A DNA stretch of 51,965 bases, taken from Chiloscyllium plagiosum (lineage: Eukaryota). The stretch covers positions 15,546,241-15,598,205 of the forward strand of contig NC_057751.1 of assembly GCF_004010195.1 (NCBI RefSeq), given 5' to 3'. Below, piece after piece: positions 35,220 through 48,196 of the stretch. Under the pieces are notes generated by a model. It saw only the letters and a program-made list of their open reading frames with translations. It did not search any database and was not told the DNA's origin. Numbering within the stretch: the first letter of the stretch is position 1; the number at the start of each line of letters is the position of its first letter. A program made the position numbers and the translations under genes.

Positions 35220-36919
35220 CTACAGAAAGCAAAGAAGATGTCAGGAAAACAAATAAAACATTCACAATGTGTATCGCTGTGAGGGGAGAAACAAATAAAT
35301 TTAGGACAGTAAAACCAAGGCTGTTGACTTGTATTTGCTGAAGCACATGTTCACCTTGCACTTTTTGCATTGTGAACCTTGGCACACTGGGTGGCATAGC
35401 CAACTCACACACAGCTTTGAACTACCAAACATCACATCTATCAGCAATTCAACCATACTGGAGATTACCCCGATTCCAAACGCACCTTAACCATCCAACT
35501 ACTGAGGCTAAGGGGAAATTTGATAAAGGTACAAAATAATGTGAGGGTGTTTAGGTAAGGGAGACAAAAGAAAATCTGTTGCCATTAGCTAACAGTTAAA
35601 GGGGCACGCAGATTTAAGGTTTTGGCAGGAGATTAGAGAGATTGGGGCTGTGAGGGAAAACACTTTGTTACACGTTGAATTAGTTGATGATTCAAAAATT
35701 TAACATAAAATCTGTACAGCGGGGTACTGGAAGTGTCTGAATGGCTCGACAGACAGCCAGTGAGAACACAAGGACTCCTTCAGTATCAATGATTCTATGA
35801 TACAGGGGAGCTGACTTGTGCACAGAAACACCCCAGGACAGGTACTACCCCACCAATAACTCTAGACTGAATCGTCAATGACATAACCTTCAATTGTCAC
35901 AGCCCTGCCTGTTTCAACAGCACTCCATAGCCTTGGCAAAGCCCATCCTCACCACAGCATCCATCTCCTTCAACCCTCCTCCTTGGTGGGTGCTCCTCTT
36001 TGTGAGCTCCTACTTGCATTAAATGCACCCAAAAAGGTAAGTTGTTGACAAAAAGAGTAGCTGAAAACATCCACAGACAGTGATTGCACTTTTCTGGACT
36101 AGGCTTCGAGAAGCATAGGGAGTGTGGGGTAAAGCAGAAAGCAAGACCAACATGGTGAGTCAAAGTTAAAAACAGAGAAGCAAGATTAGATTCCAACAAT
36201 GAATGAGCAGAGACACAAGCATCTGCAATAAGAGGCAGGCACAACTTAAGACGAATAACAAAAAGGGAATGGTGCCTAAAGACATATTTCTTTCAATCTG
36301 CATTCAGTCTTCACCTGTAGCAAAATCTTCGTGACTTATGGCAGACTTTGGGACCATATCATGTTAACCAACATGACGGGCAGGCAATGGAGCAAAGCTG
36401 GCAAAATTAAGTTGAGATGCGGATCTAACAGAGTGGCAGAGCAAGCTCAATGGGCTTTGAAAGCCTCCTCCTGTTTCTAGCCACCACCCCCCACCCTCCC
36501 CAAAAACCACTTAAGCAGCCCAAAGCAGGGCCTCTCCACAAACAGAGTTGGAAGAAGGTTTGACACTCTCACTGAGCCGCTAACATTTTGCACATGGCTC
36601 AGAGCTCAACAGCCAGATTTTCTAATCTGTTTTGACGGGTTCCCTTTAGGCTGCCAATTATTTTCAAGAGAACATTTCTTTCAGCCACGTCGAGCAATTC
36701 TGATTACAGACAGTGGCCTTGAATTCCACTTTATTCCTGAATAAATGGCATTAGCCCTCCAATAAAGTGCCATAGAAAGGAAGACCCCTGACTACTGAGG
36801 TGCAATAACCCTTCAATCCAGCATGACAAAAAAGGGAGATATCCTTCCACAGTGGAGAACAGGCATGGTGTTTCATAATCACATCAGTTAAAACAATAAC
36901 AATATACAATCTCCAGACT

Positions 36920-37815
36920 GGAAATGCCGTACCTTTTTAATTTTTCAGTATGGATGAAATGGAAAAAGAACTGTATTTGAACCCAAAGATTGCTGCATGT
37001 TTTGAAAACAAGTTATCTGACCTCATTGCAAATGTACTAGAGCCAAAGTGGTTGTGCACAAATGATGCTTTGGTTGGGAACAAGTAGCTGATTGGTCCTT
37101 GGACTAATGATTGTGGACTGGTGACCAGTTCTTGATGACAAAAGCCTTTTGCCTGCCAAGAACTATGTGACTGATTCTCAGGTAGCTTAACAGCTTGGGG
37201 CTGTGGACAGGTTACAGAAAAACTTTCAGATCTCCACCAGCTCAGGAACTGTGACTGTTCTCTCCTGCAAAATCTACTTTAAGCCTCAGGAAGACCCGTT
37301 TATTTGGCCTTCAGCAGTTACTGTAAGCTGTGGCTTTTACTTAGTAAGTCAGAGACATTTCTACAAGAGTAAACCGGTCCCCTGGGCGTTCTGCATAGGC
37401 TCTGGAGAAGGTAAACAGAGAAGCAGTGTTATAACCAGCACAAGAGTCAGAAGAATTGTCTTGGCAACTTTGTAAACAGGAACTGTTAACTGCATCCCTA
37501 GTCCTTCTCACTACCTGAAACACCCATGTTTTTTCCTGTGTGTGTGTCAGTCTGTGTGTCTGGAGGAGTTTAAAGGGCATTAGAGTTTTAACTTGTAGAG
37601 ATTCATAATTGTGTACTTGGAATTAGAGTCTATTTACTTGGTATAAAAACCAATTCTTGTTGAGTACAGAAACCTGCCGCGCACTTTCCGTCAGAATTGG
37701 TCTAAAGGGCAGGCAAATTATGGAATTCTGCATACCTTTTAAAATCTTTAACTTTTATGACAATCTGGAAATAATGGGACTTGACTTCCAGTGCACTAAT
37801 CATTGAGGTGTAACA
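36920..37815 (+). mobile_element. Possible solo LTR
   Basis: Ends in ..gaggtgtaaca, with an upstream tataaaaa and LTR-like composition. No TSD or clear 5' TG found. Confidence 0.3.
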
Positions 37816-38694
37816 AGACAGAATGCACAAAGGACTCAGCAGGGATGCACTGATACAAAATAAGTAAGAGTTTTCATTCAATTCCTAGCTTGCAAGAGAG
37901 ACACTAAAAAGCTGTCCTAATATGACACCAATTTAACCATTTCACCTCCAAGAAATGTGGGATTGAAAACATGTCATGCTGGCACAGTGAAAGGTCCTCT
38001 TTGGAGGCAGGGGATGCTGCTGGGACAGGTTAGAGAGAGCTCAACTTGAGTAAAGCGATCTGGGAGCCAGGAGAGACAGATGGAGAAGTTTCAGAACTAA
38101 ATTCCAGAACTGAAGGCCCCATGAGAAAGCCTGGCTTTGAATGGCGGGGAGGATGGAAATCAGAAGACTCTGAGTTGTCTCTTGGTTGTATAGATGGAAC
38201 TGTGAGGCCGAGGAGGAAGTTTCGACATAATGCAAAGATTTAGTCTATGGCATTATGGACACGGGATCCCAGGATAGACAATGAGGGGGACCACTTCAGA
38301 TAAGATAAAGACATGAAATGAAGATCATGGAGAATGAGTGACTAATCAGCGGAGAATTAGATTCGTCAAAGCTGAGATTTTGATCAACAAAGGTGCAATG
38401 CCATGAGTGACGAGGATGTGCTGTCTGACTGTCTAGTAGAGATAGTTTCAACTGAAGGTTAATTATAAACGAAGAATGTACAGGGTTACAGGGTGAAGTT
38501 GTCGGAGTGATTGTAGGTAAAATGCTCCTCAAGAGGATTAGTACAAACAGGATTGGCTGAAGGGCCTTCTTCATGCTGCAATCATTCGAAGAGTATATGA
38601 TTAGTGCAAATGGCAAGTCTAAAACATCTGTAATCAGCATCATCCACAGTTGTAGACTGCATGGTTCATCTTGGTCTACTCCTTAGAGCTCCAC

Positions 38695-40600
38695 CAAAGA
38701 TGCCAGCCTTTAGTCAATTTGATTCACTTGCAAATCTAGGCCCTGATAAAATTCTGCCAGCAGTGCTGAAGACTTATGGACCAAAGTGCCATACTTCTTG
38801 CCAAGCTGCTCCACCACAGCTCCAACACTGGCATCTACCCCACAAAGCAGAAAATTACCCAAGTGTGTCCTATCCATAAAAACCAAGGCTAATTCAATCA
38901 GGTCAATTATCACATCATTAATCTCTTCTCAATCATCAGCAAGGTAATGGAAGATGTCATAGGTAATGCTTGCAAGTGGCACTTACTCATCGCACTTCCT
39001 CATCATTAACATGCTGAGGCTCAGTTAGGTCCTTGCAAACTTGGTTACTTATTTCACATCAGTGCATCCCCATTAAGTGGACTTCTTTGTCTATTCATCT
39101 TGTTATACCTCACTGGGGTAGACTTGATCCAAAAAAATGGACAAATAAACTGAATTCCTGAAGTGAGGTGAGAGTGACTGTTCTTGACATCAAGGCAACA
39201 CTGGACTGAATATGGCCTCAAGGAACCTGAGCAAAACTGGAGTCAATGGGAGTCTGAGAGGAAACTCGAGCTATCATCTTTCCAAGGCACAAAGTAAGAT
39301 GTGGTTGTTGGAGTCAATTATCTGAGTCTCACAACATTGCTGCAAGAGTTCCTCAGAGTAGCGTCCAAGGCACTGCCAACTTCAGCTGCTTCATCAATAA
39401 TCTCCCCTCCATCTTAGGTCAGAAGTGGAAATATTCACTGCTGATTGCACAGTATACAGTTCATTCACAACCCTTCAGACATTGATGATGACCATATTTG
39501 ATTGCACAAAAGACCGAGACACATTCAGGCTTGGGATTATAAGTGACAACCGACATTCATGCTCATTAAGTACCAGGTAATGATCAACTCCATCAAGGAA
39601 GTGTAACCCAATGATACATATTAAGGACTGAATATTGTTGTGATCCCTCAGTGAGATCAAGTAGCGGTACTGAGAGAGCAGGGTAAAAACAATGACTGCA
39701 GATGCTGGAAACCAGATTCTGGATCAGTGGTGCTGGAAGAGCACAGCAATTCAGGCAGCATCCGAGGACAGGCAAAATCGACGTTTCGGGCAAAAGCCCT
39801 TTATTCCTGATGAAGGGCTTTTGCCCAAAACGTCGATTCTGCCTGTCCTCGGATGCTGCCTGAATTGCTGAGAGAGCAGGGGCCGACCAGAGTGGGAGCA
39901 GTTATAACTTGGTTGCAACTCCCCATGGTAGCCACTGCTGCCTTAGATCTTGGGAAACCAAACTTGTCGGTTTGCAACTCCACTTGGGGTCCTGACACCC
40001 AACTTAGAGAAGCCTTAGTCTAACCATCTCCTCTTGGCATTTAATAGCATTATCACTGGTGAATCGCCACTATCAACATAAACAGTGTTACCACTGACCA
40101 TAACTAAAGACCAGGTTAGAGTTTGGGAATTCTGCAGTGAGTAACTCATCTCCTGATTCCTGAAAGCCTGTCCACTATCGACAAGACACAAGTCAGGTTT
40201 GTGCTGGAACACTCCCACTTGCCTGGATAAGTACAGCTCCAACCACATTTAAGAAACTTGACATCAGCCAGGTAAAAGAAACAGCCCATTTGATTCAACT
40301 CATTTCACCACCTTACATAATCACTCCCTTCACCACCGGTGCATAATGACAGCAACTTGCATTGTTCAGAAGCACTGCAAAACTTACCCACGCTGATTTT
40401 ACGGCATTTTTTAAATCCTGCAATCTCGACTATCTAGAAGGACAAATGCAGCAGCTGAATGGGAGCACTACCCCCTGTAAGCTCGCATTCAAACCACACA
40501 CCATTCTGACTTGGGACAATGTCATCGTTCCTCCACTGTTTCTGGATCAAAATCCTAGAACTACCACCCAAACAGTACTGTTGGTGGACAGACACCCTGT
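38695..40600 (+). mobile_element. Second LINE family RT fragment, interrupted at ~39600-40012
   Basis: GPDKILPAVLKTYGP, ttgacatcaaggcaac (DIKA), gttcctcagagtagcgtccaagg (VPQ.S..G) and ttcactgctgattgc (FADD-like). Resumes at tctaaccatctcc. Confidence 0.85.
39684..39867 (-). mobile_element. PLE-derived fold-back mini element with 14-bp TSD
   Basis: TSD ctgagagagcaggg at 39670-39683 and 39868-39881. Arms ~39744-39801 and 39813-39870 are near-perfect complements. CTGATGA at 39807. Confidence 0.9.
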
Positions 40601-40649
40601 AGACGTATGCACTTTAAAAGAAATACTTTTTGGGAACTCAGCAACAGAG

Positions 40650-40920
40650 TGGCGCATTTTAGAATCAGCCACATTGATGATGGTCTGGAGTCACGTGCAG
40701 TTATGCTTAGAACAGTACATTAAAGGACATTCATCCACCAAAAGGGTTTTTCCAACAAAGTGGTAGTTTCATGATTATCATTACTGGAGTTCGCTCTCCA
40801 AATCCAGATTTATTTAATCAACTGAGTTTAAGTTCCTCCAGGTGCTATGCTGGGATGTGAATTTTTTTTCAGGATCATAAGTGCAGACTCCTGGATTTCT
40901 AGTTGAGTAATGTAACCACT
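40650..40920 (-). mobile_element. tRNA-derived SINE, family B
   Basis: agaatcagccacattg..ggagtcacgtg..aaaggacatt..tccagattt..gtaaccact. Confidence 0.7.
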
Positions 40921-43164
40921 TCTGTTCCCGATATATACACAGTAAGGGTGCTGCCTTGGGCAGTCCCATTTTTGAACGAGTTGAAGTTTGCAAAGGTTTT
41001 CATGCTCTTAAGTATAATTGAATGAAACAGGAATAAAGGAATGAAAAATGAAGAAGTTCATTAAAGTCGAACATATAATTGCTTGGCCGAGGAACACAGA
41101 CTGTGGCATGTAGATTCCCGCAAGCTGTAGATGTAAATGGGTTGTTTTCAAGTCTTTGCACCACAGACTGTTTAATCGTTCCTTCTATAATTCAGTGAAC
41201 AGAGGAGGAGCACCATATTTTTATCAAAAGGGAATTGAGACCAGAAAACATGCTGTGGTCTCCAACACAAAAGCGCATTATATAAAATATGTTGACCACT
41301 TGAAACAATTCTTTTGTGCATTTCTTTTTAAGAGGAATCCACTGTACTTAAAGGTCAGAGAATAGCTGTGGAGCAGGCAGATTTTCTATCTGAGGTTCGA
41401 CATCAGCTGCACAACTTTAATCGTGAAATATGCACAGCCCACTCGACAGCGCAGTGGTAGTTTTGAACATACAATGCCAATCTCAGAAGACTCCTGCCTC
41501 ACTTCCTGATTATGCCCGTCTCTGCCAGGGTGACTTCAAAAGCTACCTACGGCTTACGGGAAGCAAGTCACTCAGCACTGGCAATCCGGCTCACTATACA
41601 GTGGGAATACTTGAACAGGAAGAGGCCACTCCGCTCCCCAAATCTGTTCCACCATTCAATTCGGCCATGGGTGTGCTAACTCCATTCACTAACCTTATCT
41701 CCATATCCATTTACATCTTCGTTCCAGCAATAAAAGTCTCAGCTCTTGACTTTTTGTTCCTATCCTGAAAATCAGTAAATTTAAAGATATGGATCTCTAC
41801 TGGATGGTCTAAGTTGAGAATAACTATGAATATAAATACAGCATATTTGCTTGCGTGACAAATCATGCATTTGAGTGCAAACCTTCATTCTGTCTTCTGC
41901 TGTCTAACCAATTTCTCAACTACATTGGCAAGGTATCCTCAATCCATAACATCAGATGCTAAATTACAGTGTCTTATGTGAAACCTTATCAAATGCACTC
42001 TGGAAGTTCACATGAATTTCATCTTTAGACATTCTCATTTATAACTTTAACTATATCCTCAAAATGACCAATTACGTTCATCAGATATGACCTGCCCTTT
42101 ACAACCCCATGTTGATTGTGATAGCTCAAATTTCTCTAAGTTCTCAGCTGCTCTGCCTTTGCATTCCAAATAGATTTTCAACTAACAGGTCTATAATGTC
42201 TTGGTCTCTCTTTCCTTGTTTAAAGAACTGAACTATGTTTGCAGTGTTCCAAATTAAATGGTCAATTCCCAAATTGATATCACTTTGGAAGAGGTAAACT
42301 AAACTCTTTGTAATTTCACCTCCTGTTCTCTTTAAAGACTGTTGTCAGTATTAGTCTAATTATTTTTTCAAATACTGTTAAATGGCCCTGTTCCCTTGGC
42401 TACCCTCGTTCCTTTTAATGAGCCCATGGTCACCTTATTCATGACAGTTGTCTGAGAGCCACTCAGTGATCCTGGTAAAAGCTGCAAAATGTGAGGAGCA
42501 CAATGGTGAAATTCTGGGCCTGATAACATTCAAATTCAGTATTCTATTACGTAGAAAGTCTGGAGAGAAAAGCCAAATTCAAAAGAGTGCATTCAAAAGA
42601 ATGCAAGAGAGGAGAAACAGTTTGCAGGTAGACTCCCAAACAAAGCAAGTAGGTGACAAACAATCTGTTGAAATGGAAGGCAACTTCAATGTGTCTGAAG
42701 CAATTAATTTCCAAGATGAATTAATACTATTTCTACCCTTCATAAAGTAACAATGATTCCTAATAAAAGGGCAGAGATTTAGAGAGAAAATGGTTAAAAG
42801 TTGTGATGAAGGATATAGGAAAATAGAAAATAGAAGGAGTGATAGCCCATCAAACCGGCTTTGTCATACAGTATGATCGTGGCTGATCCACTTGCTCATA
42901 TGCTCACTTCAATCCCCACACTCTTTGACATCTTGAATGTTCCAAAAAAATTTTTTTAAACAAGCATACTTAGTGACTTAACCTCCATAACTTTGTGGTA
43001 GAGAATTGCACAGGTTCACCATCCTGAAGAGATTTTTTTCTCATTTCAGTCCAAAGCGACCCTTCATTGCAGGCATGCCCCCTCCACTGCAGACACTGTT
43101 AGAATTTTACATTTTAATGAGATCCCCTCTCACCTTTCTAAAGGCCAATAAATATAGATCTAGC

Positions 43165-43420
43165 CATAGAGCACAGAAACAGACCCTTTGGTCAAACTCG
43201 TCCATGCCTACCAAGTTTTCCAAACTAAACTAGTCCCATTTCCCTACGTTTGGCCCATGTCCTTCTAAACCTATCTGACTCATGTACCTGTCCAAACATA
43301 TTTTAAGTGCAATTGAACTCTGCTCTATCACTTCCTCTGGTAGCTTGTTTCAAATACGGTGTGTGAAAAGATTGCCCCTCAGGTCCCTTTTAAAATTATG
43401 CCATCTAGTTTTGGATTCCC
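43165..43420 (-). mobile_element. CR1/HER1 3' tail fragment inside an older CR1
   Basis: catagagcacagaaacagaccctttggtc..ctagtccca..ttgcccctcaggtcc. Confidence 0.8.
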
Positions 43421-44059
43421 CATGGTGAGTAAGTGGAGATAATCCATTAAAAAGAATTAGATTTTTTCAGAAGACTACACTTGCTTTGCAATTCTGTGTT
43501 GTGTAAATCCTATGATCGAAGGGAGTAAAGGGCCTCTATTCCTTCAACAATCAGTGGAACCAATCTGTTCTTTATTTCTCCTTGAAAACATGCCATAGAA
43601 TTGTGGCTGACACACAAAAGGAATATAACATATATATTTTCTTGTGGGCCAAAATTCTTTGGAATTTTTACAATAACAGAATCAATGCTACGCTCAGCCA
43701 GAGAAATGTCACTCTTTTGAAAACATCAATGCTAAGAAGCCAAATTAATCTTACTCCCAGGGTGAAGAACAAATATAAGATGTTGGGTTACGTTTCAAAC
43801 TCAATATTTTCTTTTTGACAGCAGTAGAGGGGATGGCTGAAACTTTTCTGGTCACTCCATCTTCGTGATATGGTGAAAGTGATAGCTCTGGCACAGCCAT
43901 CTTCTATTCACACGTTTATCACTTCGGTAGAAATGATTTGCGATACATTGATAGTTTGACCAAGGCACAGATGATGGTGTCCTTAAGAGAGGAGAAATCT
44001 GGAGTAGGAGTCAATTAGTGGGGACAGAAACTATTTCCCAATCCTAAACCAAAGTGCAA

Positions 44060-44978
44060 TCATTAGTTATCATACCAGAGGTGTGCACGGTGAAGTAAGG
44101 GCCCAGACAACATCACAGCTGTAATGAGGAAGGCTTGTGGTCTAGAACTAGCTGGACCCCTAGCCAGGTGGAGGTAGATACTGCTGATGCTGGAGATTAG
44201 AGTCAAGATTAGAGTGGTGCTGACAAAGTACAGCAGGTCAGGCAGCATCCGAGGAGCAGGAAAATCGACATTTTGGGCAAAATGAAGGGCTTTTGCCTAA
44301 AACATTGATTCTCCTGCTCCTCGGATGCTGCCTGACCTGCTGTGCTTTTCCAGCACCACTCTAATCTGTACCCCTAGCCAGGTAACTCCGGAACAGCTTC
44401 AACACTGGCATCTACCTGACAATGTGGAACAATCTGCCTCAAACTGTATGATCCACAAAAAGCAGGAGAAATTCAATTCGTGGTCTATTGGTCTATTTTT
44501 GATTATCAGTAACACTTTCTCAGCGATGTTTACTTGCCAGTAACTCACCCAACCACACATAGTTTGGGTTCCACCAGGGCAACTTGACTCTAACCTCAAT
44601 TCAGTGTTGGTCCAAACATGGACCAAAAGAGTTGAATTCCAGTACTGAGGTGAAAATGACTGCCCTTGACATCAAGGCAGCATTTGTTTTGAGTACAGCA
44701 TCAAGGAGCCTGAGCCAAACTGAAGTCAATGGGAATTAGGGAAAAGACTCTCCACTGAGTGGAATCACCCCAAGCTCTGGGGAAGATGCTTGTTGCTGTT
44801 GAAGGCCAATTATCACAGCTGTGGAAGGTCCAACTGTCTTCTGAGTAGTCCAACTGTCCCTACACCACATGCAATTCAGCTCAGGAAGCTAGTTTATCAC
44901 CACCTTCTCAAATGCACTTCGGTATGGGCAATAATGCTGGCACTGGCAACAACACATACATTCCAAGAATGGGTATGA
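44060..44978 (+). mobile_element. Second LINE family fragment with internal deletion and a PLE insertion
   Basis: Homologous to 38730-39320 (ggcccagacaacatc, tgacatcaaggcagcattt), then jumps to the 3' tail caccaccttctcaa. Confidence 0.8.
44170..44369 (-). mobile_element. PLE-derived fold-back mini element with 14-bp TSD
   Basis: TSD acccctagccaggt at 44156-44169 and 44370-44383. Inverted arms ~44207-44282 and ~44290-44367. Confidence 0.9.
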
Positions 44979-45964
44979 GAAAACACTTGCATGAAAACAA
45001 ACTGCAAATAGTGAACATTTGAAACAGGAGGTCAGAGAACAATAGCTCTGACAGAATCCAACAGAGGAAGCACAAGACTGTTTGCTGATTGAGAGAGATT
45101 GCGGGGTGGTTCAGACTGAGAAAGTAAATAGATTGAATAACTTCTGAAATGGAAACTTAGGAATACTTAAATGATATCTGAATTGAACGTTGCAGAAAAG
45201 ACTGCTAGTGAGATGATGGGAATAACGTTAGATTTACCCGAAAACACATGCTGGTGAAGAGACACATATGTGAAAAGGTTACAACGCAGGAGGCCATTCA
45301 GCCCATTGTGTCTATGCATACCGAAAGAAAGCTTTGCAGCTGTCATCTCATTTTCCAGCTTCCGGTCCCCAACCTTGGATATTATGACATTTCAAGGACT
45401 TTTTAAATGCAATGTTCTGAGGGTTTCTGCCTCTACAAAATGAAATGTTACAAATTAAAAAGGACTATGTTCCATTAAATTTTGTAACTCAGAGTCCTAG
45501 GAGACATGACCAATAGCAGATCAATGTTGTGGCTCATCGAAAACTGCTGACAATTAGACATGTCCTCTGTCAGTCTTTATACAAACTGGTCTGTCACTCA
45601 CACTGTACCAGATACACTCCACCTTGCACCCTCCAGGAAATCACTGCTGTTCTTCTGTGGAAGCCAAAGGCCATTCAACCAGTGACGGGAGACAAAGATG
45701 CCTGCCTTGGTCTGAGAGAATGACACTGACCCTTCTTCCTGTATTTGTTCTTTGTCCAAGAGATGTTAAGTATGATAGCATTCACCTGGTGCTTAACCTT
45801 TGCTGCCAACTTCTGAGAAGGGTTCATTGTTACCTTGATAAAGGAGAGTAGGTATAATGTCTCAACACTGGGCACGTGGGAGATTGTGCTGTTACCAGGA
45901 TCAATGGGGAAATGCATTTCCAGTGGCTTTCTTCAATTGACTGAATGGCAGGATGATCTTATGA

Positions 45965-46180
45965 AGAAACCAGAGCTGCATTCTCTAGAGTTTAGGAAAA
46001 TGAGAGGTGATCTTATTCAAGCAGACAAAATTCTTCTTGAGCTTGACTGGGTAGATGCAGAAAGGATGCTTTCCCCAGTTTTGTTTGTTGGGGTGGCGTT
46101 GCAGCCTCAGGAAGAGTCCAGCCATTTAGGACTGTGATGAGGAGGAATATTTTTCACTCAGAGAATGTTTGGAATTCCCT
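45965..46180 (+). mobile_element. Old CR1 3' fragment
   Basis: LHSLEFRKMRGDLIQADKILLELDWVDAERM. Confidence 0.8.
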
Positions 46181-46409
46181 TATACTCCAGAACAGTACTA
46201 AGCAAGTGCCATCATTATGTTTGAGCCTAAACTGAGACTGTTTATCCCACTCAGACAGATGTAGAAGATCCCATGGCAGTCTTCTGAAGAGCTGGATGCA
46301 GTCCTTCCTTGGCTGAAAGGAAGGAGCTGAGCTGATTGACTTAGAAAATGGTAGCAGAGAGGACTGCCCTGAAAAGCAAGAGATTATCCTTTAAACTTCT
46401 CCCTCTTGA

Positions 46410-46682
46410 ACAGTGAGTTATGCATTGCTGCCTCACAGTGCCAGGAACCGGGTTCAATTCCACCCTCGGGCGACTGTCTGTGTGGAGTTTGCACATTCTC
46501 CCAGTATCTGCGTGGGTTTCCTCCGGGTGCTCCGGTTTCCTCCCATGGTTCAAAGATATGCAGGTTAGATGGATTGGCCATGGGAAATGGCAGGTTTCAA
46601 GGAAGGGGGGATGATCCTCGGAGAATCGGAGTGGACTCGATGGGCTAAACGGCCTGCTTTCACACTTTAAGGATTCTATGAT
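46410..46682 (+). mobile_element. HE1-type V-SINE
   Basis: B-box gggttcaattcc, V-domain and ggattctatga tail. Confidence 0.9.
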
Positions 46683-47244
46683 TGTGATGGTGTACCTCAC
46701 CAGATAGGGAGGCAGACCATGAAACGTGGTCTCGACATCAAGCTGGAGCCAAGGCAGAATGACCTGCCAATTGACTATTTGGCCACATAGAGCACTGCAG
46801 CCAAATTGAATGCACTCCTCAATCTGCGTCTGTGGGAGCAGGTGTGGAGTCAGAACAGAAGGATTCTGCTGCGTTCCCATCCTCCGTAATTGAAGGTCCA
46901 ACTGCAGCCACCAAGATCAGTAACAGTTGTGAACTCAGAGCAAAGAGGGGAAGCAACACCCTTCACACATGGCAAAAGTGTGTCAGCTGTGGATATTCGA
47001 GGCCTGAATCAGAGGAAGATTCAGTACCCTTGGGCAGGCAGATCGCAGATGAAGTTTAATGGTGCAACACCATGTATTAGTCATTTGAGACACGGCTTGT
47101 GGCGATAAAAGCGTGTTCCAGAGGAATTGTTGATTGTGCAGCTAAGGTTCTCAAAGCTTCCCATCACTGTGGGTTTCCTCACCTCATGTCTGCATCTGTG
47201 AGCCAAAATTAACTAATAACTCGACTGTATTTGCATCATGAGTC

Positions 47245-48196
47245 CGCATCTGGTTGTCCTGATAAAGGAAGGATATTATTTAGCTAGAGAAGGTTAAGGG
47301 GAGATTTACTACGATGTTGTCAGGTATGGAAGGTTTGAGTTATAAAGAGAGGTTGGACATAGAGTCATAGAGATGTACAGCATGGAAACAGACCCTTCGG
47401 CCAACACGTCCATGCTGTCCCAGATATCCCAACCCAATCTAGTCCCACCTGCCAGCACCCGGCCCATATCCCTCCAAACCCTTCCTATTCATATACCCAT
47501 CCAAATGCCTCTTAAATGTTGCAATTGTATCAGCCTCCACCACATCCTCTGGCAGCTCAAACCATACACGTATCACCCTCTGTGTGAAAAAGTTGCCCCT
47601 TAGGTCTCTTTTATATCTTTCCCCTCTCACCCTAACCCTATGCCCCTCTAGTTCTGGACTCCCCGACCCCAAGGAAAAGACTTTGTCTATTTATCCTATC
47701 CATGCCCCTCATAATTTTGTAAACCTCTCTAAGGTCACCCCTCAGCCTCCGACGCTCCAGGTAAAACAGGCCTAGCCTGTTCAGCCTCTTCCTGTCTTGC
47801 TGGGACCTTTTTCACTGGGGCTTAGGAGGTTGAGGGGTGACTTTATAGAGGTTAATAAAATCAATAAAAGGTATAAATACGGTTAATGATAGGTATTTTC
47901 CCTCGAGTGGGGGATTTCAAGAGCTGGGGGACATATTTTTAAGGTGAGAGGAGTGAGATTTGAAAAAGACATGAGGGGAAAAGTTTTTACAGAGGGTGGT
48001 TTGTGTGTGGAATGAACTTCCTGAGGAACTGGTAGATGCAGGTACAGTCAAAACTTTAAAAGATACTTCGATAAGTACATGAATAAGAAAGATTTGGAGA
48101 GATATGGGCCAAGATATGGGACTAGTTTAGTTTGGGATTATATTTGGCATGGACTGGTTGGACGAAAGAGTCTGTTTCCTTGCTGTATGACTCTAT
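47245..48196 (+). mobile_element. CR1 3' fragment hosting an antisense CR1 insertion
   Basis: ..gagaggttggac | gctgggacctttttcactg.. continues across 47359-47797, with a ctgtatgactctatg tail. Confidence 0.85.
47359..47795 (-). mobile_element. Young CR1/HER1 3' end
   Basis: Highly similar to 8672-9095. Remnant GHRVRVRGERYKRDLRGNFFTQRV. Confidence 0.93.

Noticed and set aside
34853..35412. 162-aa plus ORF and 109-aa minus ORF as whole genes
   Set aside because: Only 35109-35219 is bounded by splice sites and homologous to BMP1. The rest is read-through or antisense.
46341..46901. 186-aa minus-strand ORF
   Set aside because: It reads through an antisense HE1 SINE (RKPEHPEETHADTGR is the typical SINE mistranslation).
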